64,000 nt of DNA from a virus. Below are positions 42,446-50,394 of this stretch, piece after piece. The first letter of the stretch is position 1; each line of letters starts with the position of its first letter. Under the pieces are notes generated by a model, which did no database searches, was not told where the DNA came from, and worked only from the letters and a program-made list of their open reading frames with translations. The DNA is taken from positions 1 through 64,000 of the IMG/VR virus record IMGVR_UViG_3300037851_000057; one strand, written 5' to 3'. A program made the position numbers and the translations under genes.

Positions 42446-43578
42446 GTCACGTTCCTCCATGCGTTCACGAGCCGGGGCCACAGCTCGGGGTTCTCGGTAC
42501 ACTTGGCCTTCAAGCCCTGCCATCCCTGGAACTTCAACACGTCGCCGTCCAGGTTCACGGCCGCCCACCCACCCGACACCACGAGCACCTTGGCGTCTTT
42601 CAGGTCCTCGTAGAGGGTGTAGACGTTCTCCACGCCAACACCGTGCAGGATGGGGACGTGCGCTTCGGTAGCTGGGGAACCCAGCCGACTCTTGACCAGC
42701 TTGACCAGCACCTCGGTCCCGAGATGGGCACCATCACTGGCCTTGATGTGCGTCCCGCTGGACCGGAGCTTCATGCGAAGGCTTCCGAGATGACGCACCC
42801 CAGAGCCGCCATAGGTTTCCATACGAGGGCCCTGGCCAAAGCCACCCCCGAAGCCGCCCACCTTCTCGTACTCATGATTCAGGATGACCACCGCGATCTT
42901 GCGCCCACGTAACCGCTCGGGGAACAGGCGAGCCGCGCTCCCCATCACCCGGGCCGCGAGCGCCGGTTGGGCGCCCTTCTCACCCGGAACCAGTTGCTTC
43001 TCCAGCTCGTCCTTGGTCGCCGTCCCGCCGAGGGCGTCCAACCCAATGACCACGGGCATGTCTGGAAACTTCTCTCCCCAGAAGTCGATGGTCTTGTAGA
43101 TGGCGAGCATGACGTTCTCCAGGTACATGGCGCCACGCTCGAACTCCAGGTATTGGAGCTTGCTCAGGTCCACACCCAACCGCTGGACGTAGTGGCGGTC
43201 CCGGCTCACCTCGGTGTCCGCCAGAATCGACGTTCCCCCCGCTTGTTGGCATTGACCCATGATGCAGTCCAGCAACGTGGACTTGCCGATGAAGGGAGGG
43301 CCGAATATCTCAGTCACGCGCCCGAGCGGAATACCCGCCCAGCCCTGGGGCTCCATCGGGTTCTGGAGGAGACGGTCCAGGGCCAGGCTCCCCGTGGAGA
43401 TCCGGCCCCGGATGTTGGGCATCGCGTCATCGTCCGCCAGGTAGCTCACACGGGCGATGCCCTGGCTTTTCATCGTCTCGGCGTACTCTTTGATCGGATC
43501 AACGCGCACCCGGACCTTCGTGTCCTTCTTGCTCTCTTTCTTGGCCGTCACCGGCTTTCGTTTCTTGGGCGCGGTCAT
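42406..43578 (-). CDS. RecA-family recombinase
   Basis: ..ISTGSLALDRLL..GIPLGRVTEIFGPPFIGKSTLL.. (RecA N-terminal and Walker A), ..VIGLDALG.., ..VVILNHE.. Confidence 0.85.
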   Translation of the reverse strand: MTAPKKRKPVTAKKESKKDTKVRVRVDPIKEYAETMKSQGIARVSYLADDDAMPNIRGRISTGSLALDRLLQNPMEPQGWAGIPLGRVTEIFGPPFIGKSTLLDCIMGQCQQAGGTSILADTEVSRDRHYVQRLGVDLSKLQYLEFERGAMYLENVMLAIYKTIDFWGEKFPDMPVVIGLDALGGTATKDELEKQLVPGEKGAQPALAARVMGSAARLFPERLRGRKIAVVILNHEYEKVGGFGGGFGQGPRMETYGGSGVRHLGSLRMKLRSSGTHIKASDGAHLGTEVLVKLVKSRLGSPATEAHVPILHGVGVENVYTLYEDLKDAKVLVVSGGWAAVNLDGDVLKFQGWQGLKAKCTENPELWPRLVNAWRNVTCPSTPTDADSAD

Positions 43579-43776
43579 CTACTCTCCGTGCAACGCCTGT
43601 TTCAGTAGGTGGAGCCGCGGGTCGTATTGGGTCGTCGCCCTCGACGCCCCTGGAGTCGCCAAGAGGCACGACTCCAGGAGCCACGAGTAGCGAGCCGCAC
43701 AGTCCTTGCACCACAGATCCTCGGGACTCCACTTACCGAAGCACAGGTGCCGACCGTCCGGCCGGGCCGGGCCTAG
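43579..43776 (-). CDS. start-less GC3-rich ORF (65 codons, ..WSPEDLWCKDCAARYSWLLESC..) filling the SSB-like/recA gap
   Basis: My own translation. Its TAG abuts the recA ATG (gagTAGATG). It has no in-frame ATG or GTG. It lies in the -1 frame of the upstream gene. Confidence 0.3.
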   Translation of the reverse strand, partial: LGPARPDGRHLCFGKWSPEDLWCKDCAARYSWLLESCLLATPGASRATTQYDPRLHLLKQALHGE

Positions 43777-45212
43777 AAAGGCGTCCCGTGCCCTTGACCC
43801 GGGTTCATAGGGTATGCCGGCGCACCCCCGGGAGCCGGTTGCGATGACACCATGGGTGGGGTCGGCATCGGCGGGGGTTGGTTGGGCATGGCTGGCATCA
43901 GTGGACCCTGATAGCCCGCGCCCGGTTGCGTTGACACCGGAGGCGGAGCCGGGGGCATCGCCTGGCCACCCCAGCTCTGGGGTGGGAGGCTTGGCGCCGG
44001 GTTGGGCGGAACCGGGGGCATCCCGGGGCCACCCTGGTACGGAGCCGGGCCCCCTTGGTACGGAGCGGGCCCTTGGGGGAACCCGGGAGCCGGAGCCGGA
44101 CCACCCTGATAGGGCGCCGGACCCTGGGGGAATCCCGGAGCCGGAGCGGGCGCCGTCTGCATCGGGTTGGGCCAGGGAGCGCCCGGGTTGGGCTGATAGC
44201 CGCCACCCGGATAGGCACCACCCGGATAGCCACCCGGAACCTGCCCGAAGCTCGGGCCCGTCGCCGGCATCGGAAGGCCCAGCTCACGGATGGCCGCGAT
44301 CACCTCGTCTTGGGTGGGGAGCTTGTTGACACTCTCCAGGTCCCAGAGAGTCTGGAGCAACGGCCAGAGCTGTTGGGTGAAGGGAGCCGGGTCCATGTCC
44401 AGCATCCCCCACTCCACGTTGCGTTCCTCGTTGCCCGTTTTCTTCTTGGACAAGATCAGGTCACGCCCTTGCTCGACGTGGACCAGCTTGGAGATGCCGC
44501 CGCGAGCGTTGGCCAGCCGCGCAATGTCCGCCTGGAGCTGGGGACCAGCCGCCAGAACAAACGGCTTCATGATGCCGTCCTGGCCGTAGTGCGTCTGAGG
44601 GTTGCCCACGTCGGCCACGTTGTAGAGAAACTGGCGCCGCACCCGCCCGAATTGCTGAGCGATGGTCTGGAGCCGTTGGTCCGGGTTCTGGAGCGCCAAG
44701 TGGAGGGCGTGCTGGAACAGCGAGTCCTCGCCCATGTAGACGAGCACCTTGCCCTTGGGGTTTTGCGGCGAGCGGTAGAAGTAGGACTTCACCTCATGCC
44801 ACACCGGCTTCCCGGCCGCCCACGGGGGCAGGATGCGGATGCGGAGCCGGCCCTCGTAGCCGATATGCACGCTCGCATCCCACTTCACCTGTCCGGCCGG
44901 CCCGGGGACTTTCAGGAAGTTGGGCAAAGTGCCCTTCCCCCCGCCACCTTGCGCCGATGCCGCCATGGCCGCCGCCGCCGCGGCATCGTCAACCGCGTGC
45001 GTCTGGGGCATGGTCCCCATGTGTTGGGGCTGAAACCCTTGGGCTTGGGGGTGAGCCGGATACCCCGGTTGCTGGGGGTAACCCGGTTGCGGAGCCCCGC
45101 CTTGCGGCGGATACCCCGGCTGTTGTGGGTAGCCCGGCTGCGGGTAACCCGGTTGCTGAGGGTAGCCCGGCTGCGGATACCCCGGTTGCTGGAATCCTTG
45201 GTATGAACTCAT
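43773..45212 (-). CDS. putative ssDNA-binding protein (gp32-like core) flanked by P/Q/G/Y-rich low-complexity tails
   Basis: ATG 45212 after AGGAGAGTGAC. N-terminal (QPGYP)n. Core ..GRLRIRILPPW... C-terminal PAPYQGG repeats. Sits between the recA-like and UvsY-like genes. The function is inferred. Confidence 0.55.
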   Translation of the reverse strand: MSSYQGFQQPGYPQPGYPQQPGYPQPGYPQQPGYPPQGGAPQPGYPQQPGYPAHPQAQGFQPQHMGTMPQTHAVDDAAAAAAMAASAQGGGGKGTLPNFLKVPGPAGQVKWDASVHIGYEGRLRIRILPPWAAGKPVWHEVKSYFYRSPQNPKGKVLVYMGEDSLFQHALHLALQNPDQRLQTIAQQFGRVRRQFLYNVADVGNPQTHYGQDGIMKPFVLAAGPQLQADIARLANARGGISKLVHVEQGRDLILSKKKTGNEERNVEWGMLDMDPAPFTQQLWPLLQTLWDLESVNKLPTQDEVIAAIRELGLPMPATGPSFGQVPGGYPGGAYPGGGYQPNPGAPWPNPMQTAPAPAPGFPQGPAPYQGGPAPAPGFPQGPAPYQGGPAPYQGGPGMPPVPPNPAPSLPPQSWGGQAMPPAPPPVSTQPGAGYQGPLMPAMPNQPPPMPTPPMVSSQPAPGGAPAYPMNPGQGHGTPF

Positions 45213-45280
45213 GTCACTCTCCTTTGGGTGGGGCATCCACCCCTGCATGTATTGATGCTCAAACCTCGCTTACGGGAACA

Positions 45281-45793
45281 TCACAACGACGGCGAAGCGC
45301 CATCTTCGTGGTATTTCTTCTTGAGGGCGATCAGAACGTCCTTCTTGGCCCGGAAGGCTTGGAGCACCCCCTCCGCCGTGTTGAACGCTTCCTCCGCCCG
45401 CTCCACCCGTGCCTGGAGTCGGTGGTACTCGGGTTGCGTCCGGTACATGGCCTCCACCACGGCCTCGGTGGGTTTCTTCCACTCCTTGGGCTTGTCGGTC
45501 GCGTCGATGGCCTTGAGGTAGAACTCCGAACGCCACGCCCGATAGCGTCTCTCCTCCAGCTCCCACACCCGCTTGGTGAGCGCGGAGAAGCGCCCCCACT
45601 TCTGGATCTCGGCGGTCACCACGGAGAGCTGACTCGGGATGGTCAGCTCGTTCACCACGAGGTCCGCCACCACGGTTTGCATCTGTACCTCGTACCAAGG
45701 CACCGCGTTCTGGCCCTCGTCCGCCACCGCATGAATGTTGATGCTCGGGATGTTCTGGAACCGAGCAATGTAGGCATCCAACGTGTTATCCAT
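45281..45793 (-). CDS. possible UvsY-like recombination mediator (170 aa)
   Basis: Helical. ..IQKWGRFSALTKRVWELEERRYRAWRSEFY.. and ..AFNTAEGVLQAFRAKKDVLIAL.. parallel the T4 UvsY layout. Tentative. Confidence 0.45.
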   Translation of the reverse strand: MDNTLDAYIARFQNIPSINIHAVADEGQNAVPWYEVQMQTVVADLVVNELTIPSQLSVVTAEIQKWGRFSALTKRVWELEERRYRAWRSEFYLKAIDATDKPKEWKKPTEAVVEAMYRTQPEYHRLQARVERAEEAFNTAEGVLQAFRAKKDVLIALKKKYHEDGASPSL

Positions 45794-47855
45794 TCGCCAC
45801 CTCGAACTCTCTCTTGTCCGCCCAGGTTTGGTCGCTCCAGTCCGCATCCACGATGATCGGGATGGGCTGAAACTCTGGAAACGCCTCCATGCGCTTCTTG
45901 GCTTCTGCTACCACGAGGGGCAGACACTCTCGGGGGCAGTCGATCTGAATCTCATCGTGGACGGTGTTGCACACCAAAGCTGGAATACCCGATGCCTTGA
46001 TCCAGTCATCCACCCGGACCAAGCTCTCCTTGGTCAGCTCCGCGGCCGTCCCTTGGATGGCGGAACCGATCATCTGTCGCTCAGCCCGCTTGCGACGCCA
46101 GAACTCATGCGAGCGGAGGTCATCCAACCGGCGCGTCCGCCCGAAGATGTTGTTCCAGGCATTGCCCTGGCGCCGAGCCTGAGCCCACAAGTCCTCCCGG
46201 AACCCGGCCACCCCACGGTAGCGCTGAAAGAACGCCGCCAAGAACGCCTGAGCTTCCTCGTAGGGGATCTTGGCTTGACTGGAGAGCCCCTTCTCGGACA
46301 AGCAATACGAGAGGCCGAAGTTGACCACCTTGGCAACACGCCTCGGGCATTCACGCCCAAGGATGGCGCCAACCTCCTTAGCTGTACGGGCGTGAATGTC
46401 CTCACCCTTGAGGTAGGCATCCACCATCACGGGGTCTTTCGAGTAGAAGGCCAGGACCCTCAGCTCGATCTGGCTGTAGTCCAGGAACACGCGCACCCAT
46501 CCGGGCCCGCGCATGGGGAAGGCTCGCCGGATGCTCCACGGGTCGATGCCCCCGTCCTCCACCTTCTTGCCCGAGAACACCCGCGCTCGCTCGTCATCGT
46601 CGGAGGGAAAGTTCTGGTAGTTGGGCTTCTCACAGCTCAGCCGACCCGTGTTGGTCCCGACCTGTTTCAGGTCCCCGTGCAGGTAGCCGCGGGGGTCCAG
46701 CATCGCCAGAATGGAGTCCGTGTAGGTCGTGGCGATCTTCTCCGCATCCCGCCACTTGAGGAGAAGCTGGCAGACGTAGTTGCCCTCGGCGAACGTCTCC
46801 AGCACCTCACGGTCCACCGCTTTCTTCTCCCGCTCGTAGAAGTTGGCGAACGGGGCGAACTCCTCTTGGCTTATCGACCCCTCTTGGAGCCGCCGAGCCG
46901 CCTGTTGGTAGCGGCGGAAGTCCGCCTCGCTCGTCTGAGTCCGCTTCTCCCACTGGAGCCCAATGACGTTCAGGAGAAGGTTCCGCACCTCATCGTCGGA
47001 ACCCGGGTTGATCATGTGACCACCCAACGCTTGCTGGAGCTGGGCCTCGTAGCTCGCCTTGGCTTGCTGGACTTGGGCCTTCACGCCCTGGAGGTAGCCG
47101 ATGTCGATGGGGAGCCCGTTCTCCTCCATGGAGCACAGGATCTCCGTGAGCCGCATCTCGGTGGGCCAGATCCGCGAGTAGCGCCCGGACAACCCCCACC
47201 GCTCATAATGCTGGAACAGCCGGCCAGTCTGGTCCGTGTCGCTCCCGCAATAGAGCGCCGTGAAGGCGATGGGCAATTCCGAGTAGCCGAAGCGGGACTT
47301 GTACGCCTTCACGCCCAGCTTGTTCGCCTTGGCGAGGTCCCGGATCAGCTCGTCCAGGGCCGTGGACCACTTCCGGGCGTCCGGGTCTTGAAGGTCTTGT
47401 TCCGCCCGAATGTCCAGGTAGGCCGCCCGGTTCTCATCGTAGAGCCGAGCCGCCACCATCGTGTCGTAGCGGGGCCCCTGGATGCGCCACCCCTCCCTCC
47501 GGGAGAAGTGATCCTCGAACTTGATGTTGTGGGCGACCTTGAGAGTCCGGGGGTCCTCCAGCAATCGCTTGATAGCGGGCCCGATGACCTGGATGTCGAG
47601 TTGCTGTTCCCCGGTACGATGGCGGAAGGGCACGTAGGCGTTCCAGAGTCGGCCTTGGTCATCCCAGGACGCCAACCCCGCGCCTACGGCCTCCGCGCTC
47701 TTGAACCACTCCACCCCGCTCGTTTCATAGTCCACCACGAGGGTCCGGCCCGTCAGGAACCGAACCAGCGTCTCGAAACGCTCAGGGGTGTTGACCAGAA
47801 TCTTGTTGGGCTCGTTGGGCCACTCACGGCCGAAGGGTGTTGTCTGGATTCCCAT
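45786..47855 (-). CDS. polA: family A DNA polymerase with 3'-5' exonuclease domain
   Basis: Exo I VVDYETSG, Exo II HNIKFEDH. Pol motif A FLDYSQIELRVLA, motif B RRVAKVVNFGLSY, motif C VHDEI. ATG 47855. Confidence 0.95.
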   Translation of the reverse strand: MGIQTTPFGREWPNEPNKILVNTPERFETLVRFLTGRTLVVDYETSGVEWFKSAEAVGAGLASWDDQGRLWNAYVPFRHRTGEQQLDIQVIGPAIKRLLEDPRTLKVAHNIKFEDHFSRREGWRIQGPRYDTMVAARLYDENRAAYLDIRAEQDLQDPDARKWSTALDELIRDLAKANKLGVKAYKSRFGYSELPIAFTALYCGSDTDQTGRLFQHYERWGLSGRYSRIWPTEMRLTEILCSMEENGLPIDIGYLQGVKAQVQQAKASYEAQLQQALGGHMINPGSDDEVRNLLLNVIGLQWEKRTQTSEADFRRYQQAARRLQEGSISQEEFAPFANFYEREKKAVDREVLETFAEGNYVCQLLLKWRDAEKIATTYTDSILAMLDPRGYLHGDLKQVGTNTGRLSCEKPNYQNFPSDDDERARVFSGKKVEDGGIDPWSIRRAFPMRGPGWVRVFLDYSQIELRVLAFYSKDPVMVDAYLKGEDIHARTAKEVGAILGRECPRRVAKVVNFGLSYCLSEKGLSSQAKIPYEEAQAFLAAFFQRYRGVAGFREDLWAQARRQGNAWNNIFGRTRRLDDLRSHEFWRRKRAERQMIGSAIQGTAAELTKESLVRVDDWIKASGIPALVCNTVHDEIQIDCPRECLPLVVAEAKKRMEAFPEFQPIPIIVDADWSDQTWADKREFEVANG

Positions 47856-48028
47856 TACCAGCGCACCTTCACAGCTTCCCGAGCCATTGCCACTTGCTTG
47901 GCCGCCTCCTGGGCGGGCCACCCATCGGCCACGAGCTTCTTGAAGCGCTCGATGCCCGCGTAGGTGACAATCAAGGCCCCGTCCACCATGGCCGGGTCCT
48001 GTTGCACTCGAATCCAACCGCCCAACAC
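47855..48028 (-). CDS. possible small protein (~57 aa, ..DGALIVTYAGIERFKKLVADGWPAQEAAKQ..)
   Basis: Coding-looking C-terminal part of junk-headed track ORF 47855..48565. The start is uncertain (GTG 48028, TTG 48025 or ATG 47989). TAATG junction with polA. Confidence 0.3.
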   Translation of the reverse strand: MLGGWIRVQQDPAMVDGALIVTYAGIERFKKLVADGWPAQEAAKQVAMAREAVKVRW

Positions 48029-48075
48029 CTCACTCCAGAAATAGCCGTTCTGGAACGAGCCGCATCGGAGGGCGT

Positions 48076-49389
48076 TTAGGAATCCGAGCTGGTCTGCGCC
48101 TCCGGTGGGAGCGGCGGGGGCTCCGATGACACCGGAGCTGGAGGTGGGGCCTCCTGGACCGGAGCTTCCTGAGCCGGGGTCGCTTCCTTCTGAGCCTTCG
48201 GCTTCACCGCCTTCTTGGTCTTGGTCGCCGCCTTCTTGGCCGCCTTCTTGGCCGGCTTGCCAAACAGCTTCTCCAGGTCCCAGAACTTGGCCGCCGAGTA
48301 GTTGCCCACCTGGCGTTCTCCCTCCACCGGCTTCCCGTCCGGGCTCTGGCGCGGACGCGCCACCGTTCCCGTGTACGGGAGCACCGTCATGTAGAGGGTG
48401 GGAACCGTCTCCCCCTTGACCGAGTAGCCCATCTTGAGCACCCGGCACTCGCACTTCTGGTCCTTGTAGACCTTCTTGAGCACCATCCCCGCCTTGAGCT
48501 GCCCGATCAGCGGGGACCGTTCCCGCTCCCTCTCCCAGCGGTCCTTGAAGGTGTGCTCCCCCCAATGCTTGGAAGGGGTAGAGCCGGCCCGTGCCTTGGC
48601 AGGCTTCACAGGTGTGGCCTTTACCTTTGCCCCAGCCCCAGCCTTGGCACGTTTGGCAGACGGGGCCTTCTGAGGGCCCGGGCCACCGGCCTTTGCCTTC
48701 TCGGCCTTCTTGCCCTTCGCCGGCTTGGTCGGCGCCTTCTTGGTTGCTTTCTTCTTGCTCACCGGACTCACCTCCGCCTTCGGCGCCTCAGCCGAGGGCT
48801 CTTGTTTCGGAGGCTCCACCTTCGATGCCTCTTGCACCGGAGGCGGGGGCTCCGCCGCTTTCATCGGCTCGGGGTCTGGAGGCGGCGCCTTTTTCTTCTT
48901 GGGCTTCTCCTCCTTGATGGGGGCCGGGTTGGCGCCACCCTTCACGTAGGCCATGAGCGCGAGGATGCTCTCCTCCGAGATGTTCATGGCGTTCTCGCCG
49001 GCCAGGTCTTGCAACGAGTGACCCGCTCCCAAGCGAATCTGGGCCGCGGGTAGAGCTTGGCGGGCGGTCAGCTCCATGCAACACGGGGAGAAGTCACACT
49101 CCTGCTTGCACTCCACCGCCGCTCGGGGACCCACGCCGTCCCACAGCTCGCCAAAGCACTCCGGTTGCGGGCTCCCGTCACTGGCCCGGAACTGCCCGTC
49201 TATGAACTGCAACCCGTTGGGCGGATCACCGTCAATGACCCACTCCCCATCCTTCCAAAGTACCTTTCCCATGATCGTCCTCTCACGCGCCACAACGAGC
49301 CGGCGCAAAGTTTCGGTGGAGTCGGCACTGGTCCAGGGAATGCCCAAGCGGTCTGCACGCCGGCAGAGGTCGGCTCGTTCCAGATCCAA
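48076..49389 (-). CDS. histone-H1-like Lys/Ala/Pro-rich DNA-binding protein with N-terminal SAP-like motif and DUF2924-like core
   Basis: LCRRADRLGIPWTSADSTETLRRLV. KKKATKKAPTKPAKGKKAEKAKA and KPAKKAAKKAATKTKKAVKPKA. TTG 49389 after GAGGAGAGCGACCA. Confidence 0.6.
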   Translation of the reverse strand: MDLERADLCRRADRLGIPWTSADSTETLRRLVVARERTIMGKVLWKDGEWVIDGDPPNGLQFIDGQFRASDGSPQPECFGELWDGVGPRAAVECKQECDFSPCCMELTARQALPAAQIRLGAGHSLQDLAGENAMNISEESILALMAYVKGGANPAPIKEEKPKKKKAPPPDPEPMKAAEPPPPVQEASKVEPPKQEPSAEAPKAEVSPVSKKKATKKAPTKPAKGKKAEKAKAGGPGPQKAPSAKRAKAGAGAKVKATPVKPAKARAGSTPSKHWGEHTFKDRWERERERSPLIGQLKAGMVLKKVYKDQKCECRVLKMGYSVKGETVPTLYMTVLPYTGTVARPRQSPDGKPVEGERQVGNYSAAKFWDLEKLFGKPAKKAAKKAATKTKKAVKPKAQKEATPAQEAPVQEAPPPAPVSSEPPPLPPEAQTSSDS

Positions 49390-49426
49390 TGGTCGCTCTC
49401 CTCACCTACAGGTATTGATGCCGCCT

Positions 49427-49987
49427 CTACTCCTCCGGGAACCAATTTTCCAGAATCTCGTGCGCTTTTTTCCGAAGTCGCTGGACTCGCATCTTGAAAG
49501 CGCCGTAGGTTCCATCGGTTGCTGGATCGTGAACGCTCGCCAGCTCCCCTCCCGCTTCGGCCACCCGAGCGAGGGTGGACCACTCCACCGGGTTGAAATG
49601 GAGCTGGAGCGCACGCAACGCTCGAATCGCGTCCAGCCGCGCCTCGAAATCCACCTCGTAGGTAAGAGCCTCAGAATCCTGGAGGCCGGGTGTGTTCTCC
49701 AGGCTCACGGTCGTCACGCGCTTCCGAGCGTAGCGACGGCGCCATTGGAGCGCCCGGTTCCACAGGCACTTGTAGGTGTACCGTTCCTCGGCTGGTTGGC
49801 AGAACCCATACGCTTGCTGAAACGCCACCGCGGACTTGGCCGCCCACAGCCGAAGGTCCTCGGTGTAGTCCTCTTGGTTCATGGCCATCGCGTCGATGAC
49901 GCCCGGGTCCGCTTGAAGCGTCCGCGAGATGGTTTTGGAGACGGGTTGGTAGTGTTGAAACGCCACGGCAAAGCTCGATGTTTCCAT
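49427..49987 (-). CDS. possible ECF-type sigma factor (186 aa)
   Basis: Region-2-like FQHYQPVSKTISR..YTYKCLWNRALQWRRRYARKR and region-4-like ..GAFKMRVQRLRKKAHEIL. Tentative. Confidence 0.45.
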   Translation of the reverse strand: METSSFAVAFQHYQPVSKTISRTLQADPGVIDAMAMNQEDYTEDLRLWAAKSAVAFQQAYGFCQPAEERYTYKCLWNRALQWRRRYARKRVTTVSLENTPGLQDSEALTYEVDFEARLDAIRALRALQLHFNPVEWSTLARVAEAGGELASVHDPATDGTYGAFKMRVQRLRKKAHEILENWFPEE

Positions 49988-50166
49988 CGGTGTCCCTTTC
50001 TGGGCCTCTCGGCCCGCCGTTCCAGCATCGGCTGGAGCGGGTTGTGGTGCCTGGAATGGCACCGGGTTCCAGCTTTTACGGCAAACTGGAGTAGAACGCA
50101 AACCTTTTTGGTCAAAAAGGGTCGGTTATCTGGAGCCGGGTCGGGCGAAGGCGGGGAAGGCCCGTT

Positions 50167-50394
50167 TCATGCGGCTTTGCGGGCCTCCTCCATGATCGCA
50201 TCCCATTGCGTTTGAAGGTCCGCCAAGAGGGCGAGTCTCTTTTTTTGAGGCATCGCTTTCACGAGCTGAGCGATCAATAGCATACCCCCCAGACAGAAAA
50301 AAGCGTTCCGCCCAACGCCCAACCATCGCTTCGCCACGTCATCGATCACGCCCATGAGTCCCACGGGCACCATCACCGTCACCTTTCGTTTCAT
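50167..50394 (-). CDS. small RHH-like protein (75 aa)
   Basis: KVTVMVPVGLMGVIDDVAKR.. TGATG junction with the primase gene. Confidence 0.45.
   Translation of the reverse strand: MKRKVTVMVPVGLMGVIDDVAKRWLGVGRNAFFCLGGMLLIAQLVKAMPQKKRLALLADLQTQWDAIMEEARKAA

Noticed and set aside
43499-43732. Track ORF 43499..43732 (-) in the SSB-like/recA gap
   Set aside because: It overlaps the recA start by 80 nt, has poor GC3 bias and an implausible sequence. A different frame of the same gap (43579..43776) looks coding.
50057-50075. TGGCAC element resembling a sigma54 -24 box, within a GGTGCC/GGCACC inverted repeat
   Set aside because: It is on the plus strand (no plus-strand genes). The -12 TTGC element is missing at the right spacing. 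On the minus strand the GG-GC spacing is wrong.
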